Assembly (NCBI GenBank): GCA_030145035.1
Contig: JAQYWL010000106.1
Coordinates: forward strand, 1 to 40,026
Source of the DNA: Desulfobacteria bacterium
GTDB lineage: Bacteria; Desulfobacterota; Desulfobacteria; Desulfobacterales; C00003060
DNA length: 40,026 nucleotides
Direction: 5' to 3'
Shown one piece after another: positions 33,184 through 40,026 of the stretch; positions within the stretch are counted from its first letter, which is position 1; every line of letters starts with the position of its first letter. The notes under the pieces were generated by a model, which was given only the letters and a program-made list of their open reading frames with translations, was not told the origin of the DNA and did no database searches. Made by a program: the position numbers and the translations under genes.

Positions 33184-33792
33184 CTAACCGGACAGACGAC
33201 CATGGATAAACGACTCGACGCCCTTGCGCACCATCATGACAGCAATCGCCGCAAGAAGTAGACTGGCGATTTTCGATGCGGTCTTCGCACCGGCGTTTCC
33301 TATACCGCGATTGATGGCCTCGGCAAAGTAAAACACAATGCCTGCAATCAAAACGTTTGGTATAAGCGCCGCAGCAGTGACGACAATACCATGTTCATTC
33401 AGCAGAAGGATAGACGTCGTAAGCACTGCCGGCCCTGTAATCAGTGGTACGCCGAGCGGCACTGCTCCTAAACTCTCCGGATCAACACGTCTCTGTACTT
33501 TTTCAGCCCTTAAAAGATCGCTCACAGATATCACGAACAGTAAGCTTCCTCCCGCCACCATGAAATCACCAACGGTAATACCGAGCAGTTCCAGTATGGC
33601 TTTGCCAAAGACCAGAAAAGACATACCAACCACTGCGGCAGTTACAACGGACTGATAAATGATGCGGCGCAACGCAGGTGACTCCATGCCTTCTGTTAAG
33701 CTCATGAACATTGGCAGAACGCCGATTGCATCCACGGCCACAAATAACGGGACGAAACAGAGCCAGAATGATCTAAGTCCTTCCTCCATCAA
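33184..33792 (-). CDS. MarC-family (UPF0056) integral membrane protein
   Basis: The 202-aa protein contains FVPLFVAVDAIGVLPMF...PLGVPLITGPAVLTT..., typical MarC motifs. Confidence 0.85.
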   Translation of the reverse strand: MMEEGLRSFWLCFVPLFVAVDAIGVLPMFMSLTEGMESPALRRIIYQSVVTAAVVGMSFLVFGKAILELLGITVGDFMVAGGSLLFVISVSDLLRAEKVQRRVDPESLGAVPLGVPLITGPAVLTTSILLLNEHGIVVTAAALIPNVLIAGIVFYFAEAINRGIGNAGAKTASKIASLLLAAIAVMMVRKGVESFIHGRLSG

Positions 33793-33808
33793 CCTTCCCC
33801 CATTGTTC

Positions 33809-34321
33809 TTACCGTCCTATCAGAAGATCCAACAGGCCGGATGCCATCATGGTTTGCGGAAAGTCCTTTTCCAAGGCTTCGAGAAACCTAACCGCATCGA
33901 TTTCCAGTCTTTCAGCAAAAGCCATGTGAGATCTTGCTTTGAGCTTGGCCCCTTTTGAGTCCAAATAGAAGGTCGAGAACTGTGACGTTCGGTTGGCCGT
34001 GTTTATCGCTTCCAATAACTCGGCCCTGTTCTCCCGTCTATGTGATTCCACTTTCCAGGAATGCCCAAAGTTTATCAGCCCAAGGTCCCCCCGAACAACC
34101 ACGGCAACATCCATCTGACCGGGACGCCTTACCCAGAACCGGTCTTCGTCGCTTTCTACCACCTCGATGCTGAGTCCAGCCCCAGTCAGCTCTTCCTTTA
34201 ACCATTGTGTATCTATTTTTTGGACCTTTTGATCGAGATCCGGCGGAGCGACCGGATATCCACAATTGAAACAAGACTTGGCTCCGATTATCAGTTCACT
34301 GCCACACTCCGGACAATGCAT
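33809..34321 (-). CDS. Zinc-ribbon protein with a YbjN-like (putative sensory/chaperone-like) C-terminal domain
   Basis: ATG at 34321 is 5 nt after AGGAGG and gives MHCPECGSELIIGAKSCFNCGYPV (CxxC...CxxC). The alpha/beta region that follows resembles YbjN-type domains, by weak recognition only. The longer TTG-start ORF to 34402 lacks an SD. Confidence 0.55.
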   Translation of the reverse strand: MHCPECGSELIIGAKSCFNCGYPVAPPDLDQKVQKIDTQWLKEELTGAGLSIEVVESDEDRFWVRRPGQMDVAVVVRGDLGLINFGHSWKVESHRRENRAELLEAINTANRTSQFSTFYLDSKGAKLKARSHMAFAERLEIDAVRFLEALEKDFPQTMMASGLLDLLIGR

Positions 34322-34415
34322 GTCGTCCTCCTTATCCCCATCATGAGTCTGGGCTCGAGGAGCCGCATATTTGGTCGCCGCCCCGGCCTTTGGCTTTGAC
34401 AACAGCCATATTCTT

Positions 34416-35138
34416 CTATGATAATGCCTCCACTCCCGTCAATACGTCTTCGAACCGCGAAACGGCATAATCCGCAGTCACGTCCTCATATGACTGTTTC
34501 CCCTGATTTGAGGCAATGAAGATGGTTTTTATACCTAACATGGAGGCCCCGTATATATCCCGGAACATGTCGTTGCCCACGCAGATGACCTCGCTTGGAG
34601 CAAACGACATGATTTCCAAAGCATTTTGAATGAGTCGCGGGTCTGGTTTACGAAATCCGTAAGCGGCAGAGATAATGATCGGATCGAAATATCCGTCAAG
34701 TCCCACCGCTTGGATCTCGGGCAAGGCATAACAGGGCTGAGCATCGGAGATGAGCGCCAGTCGGTAAGTGGCTCTCAATTTATCGAGGACATTCTTTACA
34801 GAAGGATAGAGTTGCAGTCGCTTGCGGGATATCCCCCGGTAGATGTGTGCCAGCGTTCTGGCCAGTTTCTTGCGTGCAGTGGCTACTTTCATACCCTCTT
34901 GTCTGAGAAAGGTGTTCCAGACAGACTCCACGTTTATCTCCGGATATTCCTCTCCACTTTGCTCTTTCTGCTGCTTCATGATCTGGTAGTAGAGGTCCCT
35001 CACCTCCCACCGATGGAGGTAAACTCTGTGATAGGTCAGGAAGTGAGCGATGCCACGGTATATCTCCTCCATAGACTCGTCGGTCTCAATATCAATGAGG
35101 GTTCCGTAAAGGTCGAAAATGATGCCCTTTATTGCCAT
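34416..35138 (-). CDS. HAD-superfamily hydrolase (subfamily IA-like)
   Basis: Motif I is IIFDLYGTLID. The sequence also has ...LISDAQ... and ...VGNDMFRDIYGA. Confidence 0.85.
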   Translation of the reverse strand: MAIKGIIFDLYGTLIDIETDESMEEIYRGIAHFLTYHRVYLHRWEVRDLYYQIMKQQKEQSGEEYPEINVESVWNTFLRQEGMKVATARKKLARTLAHIYRGISRKRLQLYPSVKNVLDKLRATYRLALISDAQPCYALPEIQAVGLDGYFDPIIISAAYGFRKPDPRLIQNALEIMSFAPSEVICVGNDMFRDIYGASMLGIKTIFIASNQGKQSYEDVTADYAVSRFEDVLTGVEALS

Positions 35139-35145
35139 GGATCCA

Positions 35146-36135
35146 TTACCTTAAACTTTTTTTGGTCTCTTTCAGCAACCGCTTGCGATGTCTATTGCCT
35201 ATCCAGGAATTACGGGCGATACGGAGCAGGTTAAGACTCATGTAAAAAGGGACTCGCCTTGTAATGGAGGCAAAGGCGCTGCGGCGGTCGGGAAAGTGAC
35301 AGGCGTATTCCCAGAGGAAGTGACCGATAAAAGGTTCAGCCAGTCCTTTGTCTCCAGCGTACTGCATAAAGTAATGCTTCAGTTCACCAGCCACCCTTCC
35401 CAGGTCGAAGGCCCTGTCCGCAAGCTTCATCCGTTCAAGGTCTACGACGATTACCCAGAGCCCATCGCCGAAAAATATATTGGTCGGCGTGACGTCCCCG
35501 TGGACAAGGACTTGCTGGTCCTCCCACATGCAGCCCTTTTCTCGCCACCGGTCCTTGAGCCAGTATAGCTCTTGCGATTCATCACTTCCTATGTACCCAC
35601 GCTTTCTCAACTGTTTCATAATGTTATCAAAGTAAGAGCAATCCTTGCCAAAGTCTACCCCGATGCCGTTAGCCGTACGGTTGTGCATGGTAGCCAGAAA
35701 ATAGGCAAGGGCAGTGAGCTTCTGGAAGAGGACTTCTCTGCCTCCCCGCTGGATCGCGTTGAGGATTAAATCGTGGAGCGGTGTTCCATAGCAGAATTCC
35801 TCCACAAGGACGCAGTTAAGGTTGACATTGTGACCAAGAGGGCGAGCAATGTAATGGGGATACCGGCAAAAGCCCATGCCGCGCATATTGTTGAGGTTAT
35901 GAAACTCCTGCTCCATGTGGTGAAAGGCAGACTGCGGCGAGCGGTTTGTTCTGAAAAACTTTCCGATGACGCGGGCTTGGCTGTGCCTGTCTTCATAGAG
36001 ATAGACATTGTTGGACGCCTTGATCTTGTATACTCTGAAGTCAGGAGTGCCATGCACTCCTACCTGCGGGAGAATGTCATATCGGAGATACCCATAGAGG
36101 GGATCGTTCCGGTGGAGATGGGCGAGGTACTTCAT
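35146..36135 (-). CDS. Aminoglycoside-phosphotransferase-fold (APH/choline-kinase-like) kinase
   Basis: The catalytic loop is LVHGDVTPTNIFF, followed by VVDLERMKLADRAFDL. Only 7 nt separate it from the HAD gene. Confidence 0.8.
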   Translation of the reverse strand: MKYLAHLHRNDPLYGYLRYDILPQVGVHGTPDFRVYKIKASNNVYLYEDRHSQARVIGKFFRTNRSPQSAFHHMEQEFHNLNNMRGMGFCRYPHYIARPLGHNVNLNCVLVEEFCYGTPLHDLILNAIQRGGREVLFQKLTALAYFLATMHNRTANGIGVDFGKDCSYFDNIMKQLRKRGYIGSDESQELYWLKDRWREKGCMWEDQQVLVHGDVTPTNIFFGDGLWVIVVDLERMKLADRAFDLGRVAGELKHYFMQYAGDKGLAEPFIGHFLWEYACHFPDRRSAFASITRRVPFYMSLNLLRIARNSWIGNRHRKRLLKETKKSLR

Positions 36136-36401
36136 GAAAATGTTAGTTCCTGATCGATCGACTTTTTGATGGGCTGCTTAGCTTCAACCACAAACGGAAT
36201 AACTGCTGTCGCAAAACCGAGTGGACCTTTCGTTCTCCCATCAAGCGAGCATTGCAGGCCAAGAAAGGACTCGTTACTCCATAGGCGGATAGAGCGCTGA
36301 ATACACAGAGGGGGAACGAAGCCGCTCCCCAGTCAACACCAGAGATAAGTTCACCCAGAATATTGTCTCTGAAGATGGTCAGTTTTACAGGGACTTACTA
36401 A

Positions 36402-37328
36402 TTACAATTTCGAAATCTGGACGAGCGGCAAGATCTTTTCTACATCAGCGCGATGGCAGAGTTCGGTGCCGGGTGTCTGAGCGGTGGCTGTGCCGGCGGC
36501 ACAGGCAAGACGAACGCACTCGCTCAGATCCTTGCCCTGGGAATGGGCCAAAACAAATCCAGCCACTGCCGAATCACCAGCCCCTACAGTGCTATCGACT
36601 TCTACTGGAGGGGCAACGGCCTTGATTTTCTCTTCTCTTGCCGAGAGGATCAAACCATCTTTTCCTCTTGAGACTAAAAGGCAAGGGATTCCCCTCTGAT
36701 GAATCTCTTCACAGGCTGTAATAATCTCTGATTCACTCTCCAATTCCCTCCCGACCAAACGAGAAAGTTCAAAACGATTGGGTTTTATACAAGTGGGCTG
36801 ATATTCGATCGATTCTTTCAGCGCTTTTCCGTCGGCATCCAGCATGACAAAGGCCCCTTTCTTTCTGCCGGCTATAATAAGTTGTCCGTAGAGATTTGGG
36901 GTCACACCTCGCGGCAGACTTCCACTCATGACCAGATAACCCATGTCATGGATTTGAAGAACATGCTGATAGAATCGCCCTATGTCCGTGGCAGTGACAT
37001 CTGGCCCCGCTGCACTGATGACAAATTGCTGACCTGTGGTCTGCTCCTTTAGGATAATATTTGTGCGAGTTTCGCCGGAGATTCTGGTAAGGCTGCTCAT
37101 GACCCCGGTATTGATGAGTAAGCCTTCCAACTGCAAACCGTCATATCCACCGACGAGTCCCAAGACGACGCTGTGTCCTGCCAATTCTCTTATGACCCGA
37201 GAAACACCAATGCCTTTGCCTGCTGCGTAAAGCGTCTCGGAGAGCACCCGGGTCGTGTCCTCAGCCAGCAGGCGCTCTACGACAATGGCCCGATCCAATG
37301 CCGGATTCAATGTGACTGTGTAAATCAT
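36402..37328 (-). CDS. PfkB-family sugar kinase of the 1-phosphofructokinase/tagatose-6-P kinase type
   Basis: The N-terminus is MIYTVTLNPALDR. The sequence also has ...GGKGINV-like AAGKGIGVSR... and the C-terminal motif VDSTVGAGDSAVAGF. Confidence 0.9.
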   Translation of the reverse strand: MIYTVTLNPALDRAIVVERLLAEDTTRVLSETLYAAGKGIGVSRVIRELAGHSVVLGLVGGYDGLQLEGLLINTGVMSSLTRISGETRTNIILKEQTTGQQFVISAAGPDVTATDIGRFYQHVLQIHDMGYLVMSGSLPRGVTPNLYGQLIIAGRKKGAFVMLDADGKALKESIEYQPTCIKPNRFELSRLVGRELESESEIITACEEIHQRGIPCLLVSRGKDGLILSAREEKIKAVAPPVEVDSTVGAGDSAVAGFVLAHSQGKDLSECVRLACAAGTATAQTPGTELCHRADVEKILPLVQISKL

Positions 37329-37560
37329 TTAAGGCTCCTCTTTACAGGATGTAGTCAGTAGAAAGAAAATTGGACTTACGCTTTCTTACAATACTTGTTA
37401 TTATTGCCTTGTTGATCTCTACTTCCTTCGCCGCCACAAGGGTTCTTATTGAGAATACCCGGAGGGCATCCGACGATAATCCCAACTATACCTGCTGAAG
37501 CCAAAATGCTTGTGCCCGGCTGACGAACCTTTTCAAAGGTCATCAGGATTGTTGCCAGAG

Positions 37561-37836
37561 CTATTCTTCTGCGTACTTGATGGCGACAGTCATTGTCGAA
37601 AGGAACTGGGCAATAAGCCGCATGCCGATGTACACCAGGATAAAGATACCCAGCACAAGCAGGTAACGCCACCAGGTGTATTGCCACAGCCACTGGGGCA
37701 AAAAGGCCTTTTGTGTATAGATGACCACAGTTGCTATGCCAACGAGAATAGCGATCCTCAGGAACCCCGCGAACTTCTTGAGCGCGTCTTCTGAAATCGT
37801 GTCTTGAACACGTTTGGGTAAAGCGCCATGTCTCAT
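37561..37836 (-). CDS. Hypothetical small membrane protein (2 TM), downstream of mscS
   Basis: The 91-aa ORF starts 48 nt after the MscS stop. It has two clear hydrophobic helices (LRIAILVGIATVVIY; YLLVLGIFILVYIGM). The SD is weak. Confidence 0.35.
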   Translation of the reverse strand: MRHGALPKRVQDTISEDALKKFAGFLRIAILVGIATVVIYTQKAFLPQWLWQYTWWRYLLVLGIFILVYIGMRLIAQFLSTMTVAIKYAEE

Positions 37837-37884
37837 TCGTCGTCCAAGCCTTTTGGACTGAGAACACGAGCTGATTGAGTGGGG

Positions 37885-38835
37885 TCACAAGCTATCCTCT
37901 TTCTCTGATAAAGCATCCGGTTTCACTGTTTTACTGGTTAGCCGCAGGTCAAACGGCGGTGTGTGCACAAGGTCGATGTCCATGGAGGTGGATGCAATTC
38001 TGACACGACCATCTGTCTCTTCAAACGCTTCCAGAATCCGACTAAAAAGCTGGTCCTTCGTGGATCGGCGGCTTTTGTAGTCAACAATGTAACGCAAGGT
38101 GAATTCCATCCAATTCTCGTCGACGCTCACCGTCACTGTTGGTTCTACTCCTGCCTCGTAGATCATATATTTCTCAACGACCTGTTTCCAAGCAGTCTTG
38201 GACCTGGCAGCATATTCTCCCAAGAGCTCGTGGGCAATACTTTGGAGGATCTCTCTGGCTGTCTTGGGGTCGCTCCCAAATCGAACGGGCACGATAATTT
38301 CATCCCACAGAAAAGGAAAATCTGCAGAGTAGTTATATACCGGCTCCTTAAAGACAAAGCTGTTGGCAACTCTCACAATTCGGCCGTTGTACAGGTCCCC
38401 TCGAACCCACTCGCCACACTCCATCAATGTCGTACGCAGCAGTCCAATATCAATGACGTCGCCTTTAGTACCTCCGAGCTGGATGCGATCGCCAGTCCTG
38501 TAAAAGCGGCCCAATGAAACGGCAACCCAGCCAGCAATACTTGCGATCACCTCCTGAAGAGCAAAGGCAATGCCGGCGCCAGCAACGCCAAAGGCAACAG
38601 TCAACTTTCCAAGTCGATCGCTAAAAATGATCCCAAGGAACAGCATTCCTGTGAGGTATCCTATAAAATTGACAAATTTTCTGACACGGTAACGCGTGTC
38701 AGAATCCTTTACGTACCGAGTAAGCGATCGTTGCAGAAAGCGCACAATAACGAAAATGATCAATATCCCGACGGCAGTGGCAATTAATTTGCCAACAGTC
38801 GGGTCCAAGAGCCAGCGTTTTACAAAGTCTTCCAT
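37885..38835 (-). CDS. Small-conductance mechanosensitive channel (MscS family)
   Basis: The sequence contains ...GVAGAGIAFALQEVIASIAGW...FYRTGDRIQLGGTKGDVIDIGLLRTTLME... followed by a C-terminal alpha/beta domain. Confidence 0.9.
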   Translation of the reverse strand: MEDFVKRWLLDPTVGKLIATAVGILIIFVIVRFLQRSLTRYVKDSDTRYRVRKFVNFIGYLTGMLFLGIIFSDRLGKLTVAFGVAGAGIAFALQEVIASIAGWVAVSLGRFYRTGDRIQLGGTKGDVIDIGLLRTTLMECGEWVRGDLYNGRIVRVANSFVFKEPVYNYSADFPFLWDEIIVPVRFGSDPKTAREILQSIAHELLGEYAARSKTAWKQVVEKYMIYEAGVEPTVTVSVDENWMEFTLRYIVDYKSRRSTKDQLFSRILEAFEETDGRVRIASTSMDIDLVHTPPFDLRLTSKTVKPDALSEKEDSL

Positions 38836-38914
38836 ACGCTAAATCCTTGCCCTTTAAAAAGTAAGCCTGTTTACGATCTTGAGAAGCTCATCATTTGTTG
38901 ACTCGATACGAGGT

Positions 38915-39937
38915 TTACGTGCCTTGAGAAAAAACGATCAGAAACACAAGAGCCGTCAACAGCAAAACCCACAGGAGCATCGCTCTGCGCATAGCTTTTT
39001 TGGCCCGAGCAGCCTCCCACCAGGTCAAGGGTCGAATACCCTGAACCAAGAAAGTTGCGACCCCGGAAAGATTGACACAGATGAGGTTAGTCAGAAACAG
39101 GAGCAAAGCACCCATCGCCATAGTCTCATGACCAGCCCCCACGAGCAGCCCGAACGTGACCAGTGGTGGAAGGAGAGCTACTGCCACCATGACACCAACC
39201 AGTGTGGTTGATGGGAGTCCACTGGTAAAGGCCAGGGTCCCCGCCGTCCCTGATGCCAGGGCAAGAATGATGTCGCCGAGGCCAACCTTCGTCCTGGACA
39301 CAATTTCAGGAATGGTCGGATCGAAAGTGATGACTAGCCCCAAAACAAGGGAAACCGCGAGAACCACAAGGATGCCAGAGATATTCGTCTTTAGCGTCTT
39401 ACGAGCCAGAGTGGCATCTGCGAGAGCGGTGGCTAGGGATAGCCCGACATTCGGCCCCAGTAGAGGGGCGATGACCATGGCTCCTATGATAATGGCCATA
39501 CTGTCGCGCAAGATGCCGATGGCGGCAACAAGCGATGAGAGTACGACCATAACCATATAGATTCTCGAGAACCCAGCCACGTCCTGAATATCCGCGTAAA
39601 GTTCCTCGCGTGATATTCGGCCTCCTACGGTCTTTGGATCCGGTTCGGGCTGGACTTTCTTTTCCCTCGAGGATGGTTCCGGCTCTGGCTCGGGTCGAGG
39701 GATAGAGGCTTCAACTGGAAGGAGAGTGATTCTAAAGACTTCTTTTGATGAAAAGCGTTTTTCTAGGGCGTCCAGCACCGGTTCGGTCTTTTCTGCTGAA
39801 AGGAGCAGCTTAATAAAAACGCCTTTTTCATGGCCCCTTTCGTGCCAAAAATGTATGACATCAAATCCTTTCAATAAGTCCTGTGCCGCTTTCTCATCCT
39901 CTTCGGGAAGGACTATTTCAAGCAACCGGAGTGCCAT
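38915..39937 (-). CDS. DUF389/TIGR00341-family membrane protein
   Basis: The protein has a soluble N-domain (MALRLLEIVLPEEDEKAAQDLL...) and a Pro/Glu-rich linker. Six hydrophobic segments follow (...IIGAMVIAPLLGPNVGLSLA...). Family recognition is by memory. Confidence 0.75.
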   Translation of the reverse strand: MALRLLEIVLPEEDEKAAQDLLKGFDVIHFWHERGHEKGVFIKLLLSAEKTEPVLDALEKRFSSKEVFRITLLPVEASIPRPEPEPEPSSREKKVQPEPDPKTVGGRISREELYADIQDVAGFSRIYMVMVVLSSLVAAIGILRDSMAIIIGAMVIAPLLGPNVGLSLATALADATLARKTLKTNISGILVVLAVSLVLGLVITFDPTIPEIVSRTKVGLGDIILALASGTAGTLAFTSGLPSTTLVGVMVAVALLPPLVTFGLLVGAGHETMAMGALLLFLTNLICVNLSGVATFLVQGIRPLTWWEAARAKKAMRRAMLLWVLLLTALVFLIVFSQGT

Positions 39938-40026
39938 TTGATTACCTTAAAGCTCACGAGAGGATGTCCCGAGTAAATTTGAAAGAAGAGAGCACATCTA
40001 TTGAGATCTCCTGACATGGCATTTTC

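Noticed and set aside
37376-37543. 55-aa ORF MTFEKVRQPGTSILASAGIVGIIVGCPPGIL...
   Set aside because: It has one hydrophobic segment, but no SD and no recognisable family. The evidence is too weak to call.
1-40026. CRISPR arrays, rRNA/tRNA genes, intact IS elements, prophage or defence-system gene sets
   Set aside because: No regularly spaced direct repeats were seen, nor conserved RNA gene signatures. No integrase, transposase (other than the 53-codon tail at the window edge) or nuclease/ATPase defence-type ORFs were seen either.

Overview
The window is about 50% GC and reads like chromosome from an anaerobic Gram-negative bacterium (Desulfobacterota- or Nitrospirota-like). Supporting genes are a desulforedoxin, a Tat-exported Fe-superoxide dismutase, a c-type cytochrome and a TamA/TamB outer-membrane module. 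Nearly every gene is on the minus strand; corA and one small upstream ORF are the exceptions. The content is mostly housekeeping and envelope functions with a strong ion-homeostasis theme: a CaCA antiporter, a CNNM/CorC-like protein, CorA, a P-type ATPase with a Usp partner, a CDF transporter and an MscS channel. Other genes include GAPDH, a BI-1/YccA protein, an M50 protease, a MarC protein, a HAD hydrolase, an APH-like kinase and a PfkB/FruK-type kinase. I found no rRNA, tRNA, CRISPR array, intact mobile element or recognisable defence system. The most unusual signals are recoding or decay signals that the ORF track hides. (1) A split YeeE/YedE transporter has an in-frame UGA exactly where the family has a conserved Cys, followed by a hairpin, which makes it a selenocysteine candidate. 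(2) A Tat-signal Fe-SOD is interrupted by an in-frame UGA. (3) Two in-frame UAGs and a frameshift lie in neighbouring genes near 29.5-30.1 kb. (4) Gene remnants are unusually dense: fragments of OmpA, MscS, FRG, HtrA-PDZ and coiled-coil/CBM48 genes, plus a truncated YHS-LDH fusion. A 44-aa desulforedoxin gene falls below the ORF-track cutoff. All family assignments come from motif recognition by eye; no searches were run.
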